Shown here: piece after piece, positions 48,689 to 61,779 of the stretch
Layout: every line of letters starts with the position of its first letter
How positions within the stretch are numbered: the first letter of the stretch is position 1
From: Lobosporangium transversale
Lineage: Eukaryota
Reading direction: 5' to 3'
DNA length: 64,000 nt
NCBI RefSeq assembly: GCF_002105155.1
Contig: NW_019029004.1
Span: forward strand, 310,001-374,000
Translations under genes and position numbers: made by a program
Notes under the pieces: generated by a model
Databases searched by the model: none
What the model was told of the DNA's origin: nothing
Seen by the model: only the letters and a program-made list of their open reading frames with translations

Positions 48689-51600
48689 ATGGCAGATCAA
48701 GGCCAACGACCACATGGCAATAGTCAGCCTCACGGCCACGGTTATCCAGGGCAATTTCAAGGAGCCGGACATCCGTCAGAACCGAGGCGATCTTCAATCC
48801 AGAACATGTTAAACCCATCGTCACCAGATCCAGCTGGATCGTACGCGTATTACGCTGGCCCTCATAGCAGCCATCCTCCTCCACACCATTTGCAACAGCA
48901 GCCATATATTCACTCCATCAAACAGCCGCCGCCTCCCTCACAGCAGCAGCATTCTCAACATCATCATCATCAACCTCCACCCTCTCATCATCCAGAACAA
49001 TATCGCCATGATGACAGACAATTTTCAGTTCAGTCATACCATTACTCACAACAGGCTCAGCACTCACAACAACAGCAACAACAGCAACAACAGCAACAGC
49101 AACAGCAACAGCATCATCACCACCATATCCCACAGCAGTCCCATGCTCCTCATCATCATCAACAGCAACCGCCTGCACCGCAACCAGGTTACTATCCTGT
49201 ACATTCTTCGTCATCATCAGCGTCCTCATTACCCTCAGCACCATCATCAAATCCACTACCATATTCTGGCAATGCAGGCTCATTGCCGTCGATTCCTTCT
49301 CAGTCACAATACAGATCATATAGTCAGTACTCACCTGGACCAAACTCATCTGAACCAGTCTTTCAACCACCAGTAGGTTCTCTACAAGGGACACCGCAAC
49401 CTCCTCATCACCCACATCATCAGCAGCAACAACAACAGCAGCAGCAGCCGCGGCATAGTCAACATCCGAGCATTTCTGGACCAATTAGTGGTGTTCATTC
49501 CCATCCTGGACACGTTTCACATGCAACCCATAACGCTGGCGCGCCGATAGCATCAGGAAATGCTTCTGGACCAATGCCACATGGCCCTCCAAGGCGCTCT
49601 AGTGGTGAATCAGCAATGGATATGCGACTTCAGTCACCTCCAGCAAATTCTACTCATTATGGGCATACAGGCCCTGGGCATATGGCTGGTCGGGCGCCTT
49701 CTCCACCTCCTCACCGTAGCAATGCGACAGAGTTCACAAGGCCAAGACAAGCATCGGTGTCAGGACATGCATATCACGAGTATCGACACATTCCCCCACC
49801 TGGACATGGACCTGAATCACCGATAGCTAGCTCACATCATGAGTACTCACAACATTATGGCAATTCTTACCCCGAACCATTATATACGGGAGCACACCAT
49901 CCATCTGTGCACCAGCTTCCGCACCAGCATCAACACCAGCACCAGCACCAACATCAACACCAACACCAACACCAACACCAGCAACCTCAACAGCATCAGC
50001 AATATTCACCCCAGTATCCACATCGTGGAGCCTCTAGCTATGTAAGGACTGCTATATCAGAAATTGACCGTCCCCATTCGCATAATATATCTTCACAACA
50101 CCATTACCATCAGGGCTTCTCGTCGAAGCCCTCACCCCCGCCACAACACGTTCAGCAGCCCCTCATGTCGCCATCTCCTCACAGAGCCTCAATATCTGAC
50201 ATTCACTCAGGCGGATCTAGACCAGTACCTGGTCAACACCAGCAGCAGCATCAACACGAACGAGCGCATGCAGAGAACGATGAGGCTATTGTGATGAATT
50301 TCATGTCTGAGCTCCAAATGCAACAGCAACATCAACAGCACCAGCAGCACCAGCAGCATCAACAACCACAACAACAGCAGCAGCAGGGTCATGTTCCTAA
50401 GCAGAGCCGCAAGGCCGTACCACAGCCATCACCTGTACAGCAACATCACATTCAACAAATACAACCGCAGCCACAACAGCAACAGCCACAACAGCAACAG
50501 CAGCAGCAGCAACTACAGCTTCGACACCATCACCATTCGCATCCACAACAACAACAGCTGCAACAGCTCCCGTCGTCACCAACCCCACAGCAACCAGTGC
50601 ATCAGACACAGCACCATCATCATGTAGAGCGTCCTCCTCACCTTCCTGTAGATCATGAACAACATGCTCGATATAGTGACCACTCTGGATATCGCCATAA
50701 TCAAGAGCCACAATCGCCAGCCTACCGTCCTTCACCAGAGATTAATCGTCCCATCACGCCTCCAACTCATGGCCATTCAACTATGCACATCCCCCCAATA
50801 CCTGCATCAGACATTCGCCACAGGTCTGTGTCGACTCCAACAGGCCCAGGCTCACCAATTTCTGTCCCAGGCTCTTCCTCTTCCGCATCGCCTTATCCTT
50901 CAAAGCCTGATACTCCCAAGAAACCACAAACATCTGGAAACCAGTCTTCGTTACCCCCTCGCTCACTCAGCCTCATGAAAATCCTCAATGAGCCAGAAGT
51001 AGAAATCGACATAGAAACAGGCAAACCGCAGGAGAATAATAGTGCTAACATCCCCTTGCCGGCTCCGGAACAGATTTCTCATGATCGGAATTATCTTGGT
51101 CAAGACCATCATCATACCCATCAACAGGAGCAATGCTACCATACTGGTTTGCAAGGGGCTCCTGTGCCTGATTCTTTACGCCCCATCCAATTCGAAGAGC
51201 TATCGAATATGTCGGACCACAACTCAGCTATGGACTTTCAGATGGAACCTGAGCACTCGGAGCAGCTTGAAGAGGGGCTCGAGAGCGGAAGCAAGGAAAA
51301 GGGCTCTCGCCCTGTTAAGGAGAAGGCACAGAAAGAGAAAATCAAGTCTGCAAAGGAAAAAATCTTAAAAGAAAAAGTTGAAAAGCCGAAGAAGGAACGT
51401 GTTGTGAAAATGCCACCCAAGAAAAAGGCTATAGGATCTTCTACTCTACTTCCTAGCCAGGAATTAACAGAAGCATCGATTGAGGTTCCAGGAGAGTCTA
51501 ACATAAAGCCTATGCTTCAGTCTGCTCAAGAAATGACTGTTGGAATGAAGCACCCTATTGATGAGGCCGAGGTTGAGAGAGTAAGCAATGTCCCTAAGAA

Positions 51601-54147
51601 GGCCCGTACCGAAGAGCACTCAGTTATTGAGATTGGAGCCAATGAACAACAGATGCAACCAGCTACTCCGATCGAAAACCTTAATGCAATGACGATCTCA
51701 GCCCCACTAAAACGAGTCGACATGCATAAGGAAGATATTCAAGTAAAGATCAATGGAAACATCATTGCATTACCGCAGCAGCGATCAGAACGGGTTCAGG
51801 AGATCCCAAAACAGAATAGTGAGACTATCACAATTACTACACCTATCACTGCAACGCCTGGCGCTGCTGGTACGGCCACAGAGCCCAAGCCAGACCTTTC
51901 TCCAACTTCAAAGAGTGCGCCGTCCGTCACTCGCCCTCAGTCGTCCAGCTTTACTTCTATTCAGCCCACATCTACTCCACCTATATCCACATCTACTCCA
52001 CCTATATCTACATCTACTCCATCCCCATCTACCCCATCCACATTCCCATCTGGACCACTTGCCTCCACTCCTGAAATAGACTTGAAGGACTCTACTATAC
52101 GCCCCAGGAGAGTCTCTAACGATGATCTTCAGATCGGCTCACCATTATCGCCGTTAATATCGCGGGATACATCCAAAATGCTCAATACTAAAGCTACAGG
52201 CAATGTTTCTTTGCCACCAACTAAGGAGAAAAAGATGCCTAAAAAGAAGTTGGCTGTCGAGAGTCCTCAAACAGACGAAGCTTCTATGTCAACAAAAACT
52301 GATAAAAGTCCTGTTGGAGGGCTACAGAAGGAGATTGAGGGCATGGAAATAGAGATTAATGAAATTAAATCGCTATCCAAACCGCTTTCGGGCGCTAAGA
52401 AGGCAACTTCAGTGTCCACGCCTCATAGTGGTAGTCTGAAGAAGAGGTTTAGTAAACCTGCTGGGGATCAGGTGTCCACTGGTGATTTTAAGCAGAATGA
52501 GATAACCAAGGTGATATCAACAGATAACCCCCAGCCCTTGACTCCAGATAAACCTTTGTTGGCTGATGCCCTGCGTGAAAAACCTGTAAAGCAAAAACGA
52601 GCGGACCGTATCGAGCCGTCTGCTAATGTTCCTGGCAAGTCGGAAGGGTTGACTAAGAGTTCTCAATTATCTCCAAAGGCGAAGGACTGTAGTTTGATGG
52701 TCAGTAGCCGAGTAGCAAGGGAAGAACCTCCTGCCCGTGAAGCAGAGAAACAGATCAAGACCGAGGAAGATGAGGGACTATATTGCATATGTCGAGAGCC
52801 CTACGACCCTAACCGTTTCATGATCGCTTGCGATGGATGTGATGACTGGTTCCATGGCGATTGTGTTGGCGTAGCAGAGAAAGATAGCGAGATGGTTGAC
52901 AAGTACTACTGCAAGCGTTGTGAAGGTTTGTTGCTTAATATATACTTTTTACTTTATTATGTTTTATTTTTTCCCAAGCTTATTTGCCCGCTTTCCCAAC
53001 TCCCACTTATTTTTATTTTTCATGCATGTAGAGAAAGGGCGACACGGTTCTCGTAAAAAAAAATGCTTCCGCGACTCATGCTTGAAGCCAGCTGGCCGCA
53101 GGTCCAAGTATTGCTCCAAAGAATGTGGACTGTTAATGGCGACTCAACGAATCCACGAGTCACAAGCAAGGGCTTTTGGCACAGAGGATCTTTCGACTGA
53201 TGGACAGATTCAGAGACGCCGTAGATTGACGTTAGCAGATCTGGATGATCGTCAGAGACTTCTTAGTATTCGTGAGAGAATGAAGCAAGTTCGCCTAGTT
53301 TGCGCAATCCTCGATGGACGTGAACAACAACTCAAAGTGTGTGTAGACCGGCAAGCTCGACAGGATCTTGGAAAACCTGTCACGCCTTTAAGTTTAATAA
53401 TTGACAAAGACGAAGACAAGGCAACGCCTGCCGCAGATGATGAAGAGGAGGCAGAGAGTATCTTACGCGCTGGTTCATCGGGATCAAAAGCCAAAGGCAG
53501 GAGTAAAGGCCAAAAGATCAAAGATAAAGAGAAAGAAAAGGATAAAGATGCACTTTGCGGCTTTGACCACAGTCTTGTTTGGGATGATGTACGGGACATG
53601 ACCATTGTTGAACAAGCTAAAGCAACAGCCTCACTAGCGACCACTCCTACCGGGTCGCGAGCATCCTCAGTGGCTCCACCATCCTTTGGTGTAGTCCTTA
53701 TTAACACGAAGAAATATATTGATGACTCGGATGGTCAAAACAGCAGAGTACTCAATAACTCTAGTGCAGTAAACGAACGGAGCTCGGCTGCGACTAATGG
53801 CCTGGATTATCATTCGGTTGGATGCTTACATCTAGAAGAGATTGGGCAAAATGTCTGTATGTCACGTCGACAATGTGAGCGACATTTTGGATGGCAGAAG
53901 CTCAAGGCTGCAGAACTGGATCTAGAAAAAACTCTCCAGGTTGGTAGACATGCTTTTTGTATATCTAATTTTTAATCACCTTGCTAACAACTAGTCTCGT
54001 ATCCTAATATGAATGATATTCTATTTAATTTTGTAGAACAAGCTACTCAAGACACTTAAAGGCAAAGCCAAGTTGATAAAAGGCCGGATGAAGCGTCGCC
54101 GCAACGATCTTTCAGCGGGTATTTTGAATGGGACCATTGAGCATTAA
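48689..54147 (+). CDS. PHD-finger protein, Spp1/Cfp1 (COMPASS subunit)-like, with very long Q/H/P-rich N-terminus
   Basis: [35 protein letters not shown]...YYCKRC, then C...C.KPA...[15 protein letters not shown] and [14 protein letters not shown] as in Spp1/CXXC1. Exons 48689-52925, 53032-53939, 54037-54147. Confidence 0.85.
49068..49111 (+). repeat. CAA/CAG poly-Gln coding repeat
   Basis: (CAACAG)-type run encoding about 15 Gln. Further polyQ and (HQ)n runs occur near 49920-49990 and 50320-50520. Confidence 0.85.
51966..52022 (+). repeat. 21-bp coding tandem repeat (TSTPPIS, about 2.5 copies)
   Basis: ccacatctactccacctatat ccacatctactccacctatat ctacatctactcca. Confidence 0.8.
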
Positions 54148-54697
54148 TCTAGAAAAAAAACATTTGTGACGGTTTTTCATTTTTATTTGACATGGATGTA
54201 TTTCAGAGAACAACATGATCTAGTGTATAATTGTACAAGTGATGAATGATGGATAATTAAAAGGGAAAAGATAGAGAAAAAGCCAGACAGCACAAAGAGA
54301 CAATAAAAAGAAAGAGACTATGAAAGCATAACGTTGATCAGATAACTAAATGTGAATAGAAAAAGAGGAAAAAAAAAAAAAAAAACAGCAAGGCAAGAAG
54401 AAATAGAAGCATCACATTATGACTGTGCGTTTGAGATAGAACTGATTCCTTGCAAAGACAAACTCAATCTTCATCTTTACGGATCAGCACTCATGGAATA
54501 GACAATAAATGGGCGAGAGAAAGAAACAGATCGCCTTCTAATGTAAACTACTTGTCCTGCTCTGTTCTCTGCTCCGATACTTCATATTTTGATTCCTCGT
54601 CCCCAACCCCATCCTATACTCTTTTTTTTTACCGTGCATCAAATCATATTTCTACAAGCTTTTCCTTTCTTTCTCTTATTCTTTTCTTTGGCTTCCT

Positions 54698-55696
54698 TTA
54701 CTGAGATGCTGGTGGAGCAATATCAGGGAGCTATTGGTGCAAGCACAAAATATGATGAAATACCAACAGAACTGTTAACAGAACGAAAGGAAGAAGGATA
54801 AATATATAAAAGAATGACATGAAAAGATTGTAAACTTACCTGAGGCATCATAGGACGGTTTTGATCAGCAAAAGCCCTGGAGAAGACAATTCCAAGACCC
54901 TCAATGACGGCAAGAAAGACACCTCCTAGAGCTGCAGAGGTGATAGCGACCTTAGGGCCACCTCGAGCGGCTAAGACGCCGCCAGTCAAGAATCCTGAAG
55001 CAATCGAGTTCCAAGGATCCTCTTTCTGACGAATTCCCTTCATTCCACAGTCAAAGGTCGAGAAGAGGCCACCCCAGACCGCAAAGTTTCCACCCAGGAC
55101 AGGAGCACGGGCCTTAAGTGACATCAAAGCACCCGGAAAGCGTTCGCCCTAGAGAGTATAGGTTTGGAAGTTATGACCAAAGACAATGAGATTGAAATTA
55201 GAAAATAAGGAAACGACAGATAATGAAAATAAACAAACAGGAACAAAAACAAACTAACCCACTCTTTCCGAGCGAGCACTTCAGTCGATGTTTGTAAAGG
55301 ATAATATGGATACGTAAAATATTCATATATATAGAGTATAACAAGTAAACAGAGAATGATGTCTAATACTTACCCTTGGGGAATTCTTGGCACCCTTAAT
55401 TCCATACCAGACACCACCACCAATAGCACCCATGGCAAATGAAGCACCGAGATCTGAAAAGATGACGTATGGGCTACAATGAACAAAAAGTATGATTAGG
55501 TTGGTAAATGACCATATAACAAATTCAGTAAAGTCACATTCATTGCAATGGTTGCAATGATTGCCCTTATCTTGAAAGCTACTTTGCATGTGCTGTGTGC
55601 TTTTCCAACTTTTATGATACAATTCTTTTTCAATGAATAAAATATATAAAAAAAAACTCACCAAGGATCGCGAGAGTGGTCAGAAGAGCGAGGCAT
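54698..55696 (-). CDS. TIM17: Mitochondrial inner-membrane translocase Tim17 (4 exons)
   Basis: [74 protein letters not shown]...[18 protein letters not shown]. Confidence 0.97.
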
Positions 55697-55937
55697 GATG
55701 ATTATGAGTACGTATTACTATGAGGACAGGAGAACAAAAATCGTAACGAAGACTTGATAAAAATGGAAGGTGGGAAGGATCAAACGTGGAAGAAGAGAAG
55801 ACGGAAATGAATCAAGACTCATGTCTTTGGACTCTCCAACAGCTGATAGGCTGTGGCTAGTGGACTTTGTCCTTCTACCTCTCTAGACTTGCCCAAATAA
55901 ACATCAGTCACACAACCCAGCGATTCGTTTACCTATG

Positions 55938-55947
55938 GTCACGTGAT
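55938..55947. promoter_or_regulatory. CACGTG E-box (Cbf1/bHLH-type) in the divergent TIM17 / RRM-gene promoter
   Basis: gtcacgtgat. A similar gtcacgtg lies upstream of RPN10 near 6318-6325. Motif match only. Confidence 0.3.
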
Positions 55948-56387
55948 AGTGACAAGTCGGAAGGCGCTCAATGATGTAGGCTCCAATCCTTATCAACAGA
56001 GTCAAGGAAGAAGAGTAAAGAAAGTCCGGATCATGGAGCTGTCTACACGCCTATCGAATAAAGAAAAGAAAAAGAAAAGTGGACGCAAGGTTAAAGATAA
56101 AGATGCTGAGTGAATAGTTTAGTTGTGTTGGAAAAGCAAGCGAGCGGGTCAGTCCCATTTTCCATGCCTGTCCTACAATATTTCTGATAGAACAGAAGAA
56201 CCAATCTTTTCTTCTCTTTGTTTCCAAGTAGTTCCCTGCTAATATTATCATCTCTTTTTCTTTCTTCCTTCTTCTCATCCTTTTCCCCCTACGCGTCCCC
56301 CAGCAATTCCTCCTGCCCTCTTCCTTTACCTCATCGCTGCTGCCCTGTCCAATTTCGTGATTAAAAGAATCAGCGTTTATAGTCATC

Positions 56388-56701
56388 ATGAGTGAAGCTT
56401 CAACTACTATTCCAACACCCACTACTCAAGCTGTCGCCGAGGAGGATGGCCACAAGGTTTTTGTCGGCAATCTTTCCTTTCAAACCACTGCGGATGAGCT
56501 TGCCGAGCTCTTCAGTAAACCCAACCCTGTGTAAGTTTTGAAGCTAGAAAACAAATAAAAAAGAGGTTCCTGTATTTTATAATTGTATCTTATTCATGGT
56601 CCCTGGAAAGGAAGATAGTATAGATGGGAGTGGAGATGATGCGACAGGAACAATCTCAACACAAATGGACATACTAACAGGAGAATGACAATGACTAAGC
56701 G

Positions 56702-56732
<31 letters not shown>

Positions 56733-57912
56733 CTCCTCCATATGTGTGAAGACAATGTGCGCTCAATTTGGATCATAAACGTTGTCAATATTTTGCTATT
56801 TCCAGAAATCGACCACTTTAGACGTAACGATAACTGGCATACGCTCATTGATCTTTAGTTGGCGCTTTGCTACTCACTAACATAACATTAATTCCTCTTC
56901 TTATTTTGTGTGTATGATTTTAGATTGTCGGTCAATATTATTACCCGTTTCCCTCGTGCACAACGCTCCGCTGGATATGGTTTCGTAGCATACGAGACCT
57001 TAGCTCAGGCTGAAACTGCTGCCGCCACTTACCACAAGGCCGAATTGGGTGGTCGTCAGATCAATGTCGAGGTGGCCAAGCCTCGCACTGAGCGTGGTCC
57101 TAGAGAGAAGGCCCCCAGACAACCTAAGAGCGAGAACAAGGATGCGACGGCCGGTGAAGCCAGTGAAACGGCAGAGTTCAGACCCAGGACTGGTCGTAAT
57201 AGCCGCAAAGGCAGCCGCAAAGGCAATCGCAATAGGGCAGCTCGTGTAAGTTTCTTTTTTCTGGAAAATAATCATACCCACAATTAAAATGATTGACATC
57301 CTTTATTTCTTTATGATTATATTTATCTGCATTGCTCAGCAAAACGAAGGTGAAGAAGGCACAACAGGTGAGGAAACTCCTGCTGACAACACTGCTGCTG
57401 CCGCTGCCGCCAATGGTGAAGCCAAGGAGGGCGCCAAGGATGACAAGGAGGGCACCAGACGCCGCAGGCGCAACAACCGCCGTAGCCCTAAAGAAGCTAC
57501 TCGTGGCGACTCTTCAGTTGAAGGCAACGCTACTTCGTCAGCCCGCACTCGTCAGACTGGACCTCCCTCCAAGAACACCATCTTTGTCGCCAACCTTCCC
57601 TTCTCAATGAACCCTCAAGGATTAAAGGATCTTTTTTCGGAGTTTAAAGTTGTCAAGGCACACATTGTTCGCCGCCGTCCAATGCGCGGTGGTAGGAGTC
57701 GTCCTTCGAACTATGGATTTGTCGAGCTAGAGAATGAGACTGAGCAGTTGAATGCGCTTAAGCTGAACGATTTTGAGATAGATGGCCGTCAACTGGCCGT
57801 CAAAATTGCCCATTCTGAGGAACAGGCTCCCGCGAAGGAGCAGATCTCCGCGAATGAGCAGGAAGAGGCCACTGATACTGACGCTACCTCCGCTCCGGAG
57901 GTCGTTGCTTAA
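56388..57912 (+). CDS. Two-RRM nucleic-acid-binding protein with Arg-rich linker (Tcg1/Sbp1-like architecture)
   Basis: RNP2 VFVGNL with RNP1 AGYGFVAY; RNP2 IFVANL with RNP1 NYGFVEL. Exons 56388-56530, 56924-57245, 57340-57912. Confidence 0.88.
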
Positions 57913-58253
57913 AACATAAAAAGTTGGCAAGAAACCACTCAGCTCAGTTACAAGCATAAATAGAAAAATCGTTGTGTCGGAGACGGCGACAGAATCGAAG
58001 AAAGAGTATAGGAAAAATAGATGCTGGGAGCAAGATTATTGTTTTCTTTTTATTTATCTCATGGGCGTTCTGCTTTTATTCTATCTTTCTGTTTTCTCGC
58101 GCAATATATTTTGTCTTTTTTCCATAATAAAAAACTTGTACATTTGTATATAAGACAAAAAAAAAATTAAAAAGATGATAGAAATCCGATCTGTCCGATC
58201 TTAGAATGCAAAAAACTCTGAAGCTAAAAGTTACACGAAAAAACAAAAGATAG

Positions 58254-58326
58254 CGCCCATACTAGGACTCGAACCTAGAACTTTCACCTTAGGAGGGAGA
58301 TGGAATATCCATTTTCCCATATGGGC
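58254..58326 (-). tRNA. tRNA-Arg(CCT), intronless
   Basis: Cloverleaf: acceptor GCCCATA/TATGGGC, D-stem GGAA/TTCC, anticodon loop CTCCTAA (one T-T mismatch in the stem), T-arm CTAGG-TTCGAGT-CCTAG. T-runs downstream fit a Pol III terminator. Confidence 0.92.
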
Positions 58327-58469
58327 TGCTTTAATTTCATATTCGGTGGGTTTTCAGTAGCATTATATATTGAATGCTTCACGCAATGTAGATATTTCAT
58401 AAATGCACATTCTATAACTGCAAGTGGGCTTTAGAAGAGAAGACAAGTACTACATTAACTAGAACATAA

Positions 58470-61400
58470 ACACTGGAGACCGGACTCTCCTCAAAAGCAG
58501 TAACCGACAAACAGACAGCATATCTCATCAATAACGTCCTCATACCCAAGGTGCTTTATAGGATTTCGGCACAGATACTTCCCCCTTCTTTTGTGAGACG
58601 AATGACAGGTAAGTATATGAAGCTATGTAAGAGCAAAGCACGTATGCCGTCAACCACACCCAACAGCATAATGCATCACCCTAGATTCTATGCAATTAAA
58701 AACTTAGAAGACGCACAGACAGAGGAGCAGATTTCAACCCTATTCCTACGCCTAAATGACAATGGGTTGATGGGACGTATCTGTAGAGCACGTCTCATTG
58801 CCCTCCAGAAAGCGCCTTAGGACGAGCAAGCTCCCAACTGCAGAGCCGCACAAAATAAAAGCATACAAACACAACTTCGCATCAAGCGTCTGCAAACTAA
58901 TGGCCGATCGACAAGTGAAGTTTGACTTGCAACTAGCAAACGATTTGGAAATGCTCTCAATATAGCAGACATGCTTCATGGCATTGTGGATGACCAGCCT
59001 GTGCGGGAATTAGCAGCAAGAGGAATATACTATGCTGAGCAAACTCTAGACGAGGATTCGTCACTCAAATCCTGGAATGAGGTACGTACGAAAAGGAGAG
59101 ACCCAAAGGCATCTCCAGCATGGTTCCACAATGTTCAAAATGCCCTTCATGAGTCCCTTTACACACACAACTTTATCGAAGTATGGTGTAGAGACAAAAA
59201 GAACATTCTTCAGAGACTAGACGAAGAGGAAGAGAGACATTTAAGGGAGCTCCAACAGCTAAATGAGGCTGAAAACAATGAGAGAGCAGATGAACTACTC
59301 ACAGAAGACAATATGTTGGAGGAGCAGCCCACTGAGGATGATGAGGATGATGAAGTTGGATATATAAGTTACCTCAATGACGTGGAAGAAGACCCCAGAG
59401 AGTCACTTGATCCCCTAAGTGTAGAACAGCGGGAGGAAAGAGAAAGAAGAGCACAATGTTACATATGAAGGATACACTGAGTCTGATCGCGAACTCCAAA
59501 AAGAATACTTGCGAGAAAATTTTGAAAAAAGAGAGCGTTTGAGAGAAAAAGAGCGCGAAGCTAACGAGAGGCATAGGCTGTGGAAAGATCCTCAAGGAAG
59601 GAAAATGTTACAGTTTCGCGACCGTTTGGAAAGAGGGAAGAGGGAGCAATGGTTGCTAAGAAAAATAGAGCAAGAGAGGAAAAAAGAAGAGGCGGAGAGA
59701 AGGAGAGTGTGGCGACGTGAACAGTGGGTGCAAGCCAAGCAAGAAGCCGCACACTCGAAGGCTATCGAAAGAGCTCGCCGTCAAGAACGCCTACGGTTAC
59801 AGGCTAGGTTTCAAAGGCTCGATGAACAAGGAAGAAGAGAACAGCGACGACGAGCGGCTTTCAACCGAGCAAGACGTAGAGCACAAGAGCGAAACAAGAT
59901 AAGTGGACGCCATGAACTCGATGAACAAGCTCTCGATAGGAGGCTCAGGACGAAAGCGCAAGAAGAGATGAACTCCTCAAGAACAAGGAATAATAAAATC
60001 CCAGAGGGTCATCATCGGTGGTTTGGCTCCTCTGAGTGCCTAGGTGTAGAGATCCCACAGGTTGACATGGACAATATACTGCGTCAAAGAGAGAAACTAT
60101 CAACGATGAGTCAGCTAACACTTTACTCCGATGGGTCCCTTGAAGAGGCAGGAAGAAGGGCGGCGCGGATGGCTTTCGGAGTGGTGGCTCAGATAGGCCC
60201 AGAAAGCTTCTCAAATGTAGTTTCAGGTAGAGTCGATGGGTATGCTTCATCCACCAAGGCAGAGCTAGTAGGACTGTACGCAGCCATCCTAGTCAGTCCC
60301 CGTAACGTTCCAACGACTGTCTACATAGACAACATGGCGGTAGTGGTTCAGTTCAAGGACCTTGCTCAAAAGCGAGAAACAAGCACTGAACGGCAGCGAT
60401 TGCGATCCAAGTACGCAGTGTGGTGGGCAGCCATTTCGAGAGCGCTCTTTAAGCAGGGCGGGAAGGTAACTGTGAAATGGGTCAAGGGCCATGCTGGGAA
60501 TAGAGGCAATATAAGGGCAGACCAAGCCGCCAAAGATGCTCATTTTAGTGAAATGTGGACAATCAAAGGACTGGAACACAACGATCTGCGCTGTCACGCT
60601 ATTTTCGAGAACGAGGTGGTGGAGGATGATCTTAGACACCTGCTAAAACTCCAATCAGCAGTGAGAACACATTACTTGTGGGCGTCTCAGAACAGAGTCA
60701 GGAATTATATTGCAGACTGGCGAGAAGTAGAATGGAAAGCAAGCCTGCATATTCTTCACGATGGCAACACGCCTAGAGGCCTCTTCACCAGCCCAGCAGA
60801 TTGTCACAAGAGAGCGCACAGAATAAAGAAGGTCCATGGTATGCTTCATACACTCACTTATATGAGGCAGTGGCGACCGGACCTGTATGAGACTGACATC
60901 TGCAGGATGTGTGAACAGGAGCAGGAGGATATAGAACACCTCTGGCGATGTCCCATGACACTGGACGAGCAATTGAAAGGTTGGAAGCAGGCCATAGAAC
61001 TCATCACGAAGGATGGTAAAAGAGCATTAGTGAGGGAGAAGAAGCTCTGGGAAGACAAACAAGGGAAAACACAGGAGCCAAACCTGAATCAAGGAGGTCC
61101 CTCGTTTACACCTGTAGCGACAACGTGATTTGGGGCTCTTTGGAAGCGATATTTAAGGGCGTCAGAGAGATTCGACATGCAAGCACTCTGTTTGGTGAGG
61201 AAGATGTGGATATGGGACGGAGGAACGAGGGCGAGGATGCCCACTGGACTGTCCAAGACTTGTACCACGGTTTGGTGCCGAAGGAACTGATACAAAAATG
61301 GAAGACGATCTTCAGAACTACAGCATCGATCTCAAGGTACATTGTTTGCCGCTTTGTCAAGTCAATCGAGGAACTCGGCAGGACTGAAATCTGGAACAGA

Positions 61401-61541
61401 CGCTGCAAAGTCACCGTCAACTGGGAAAGAGACAATGGTATCACCTCTATGAGCAAACTGGCGGATGGCGGCAAGCTACCGACAGCAGGTGTAATTGGCG
61501 GTTATGGAGCGCCTGGGAAGTTGCAAATTTCTGATGATTGA
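58470..61541 (+). mobile_element. 5'-truncated, disrupted non-LTR retrotransposon (post-RT region, RNase H, CCHC-like finger)
   Basis: AVTDKQTAYLINNVLIPKVLYR (post-RT thumb-like); RNase H LYSDGS...SSTKAELVG...YIDN...VKWVKGHAGNRGNIRAD; CRMCEQEQEDIEHLWRC. Several stops and frameshifts; no YxDD or endonuclease seen. Confidence 0.85.
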
Positions 61542-61779
61542 GGACTGCGGCTAAAGGATGACCTTCGCGCACAACAGGCCAAGTAGGGAGTAGAGCCATA
61601 CCACAGGTCCCAGGGACCAAGGGAGTCTACTCAATGCTGACATGGTTTATGAACAGGATGTTGTACTGTGCCAGTATGACGGTGCGGCTTCGGCCGATTA
61701 TTGGATACCGCTTTATTTGCGACCCCAGTAATGGGGCAACCCATTTATAGAGCTAATTTAAATAAATCATACATGACCT

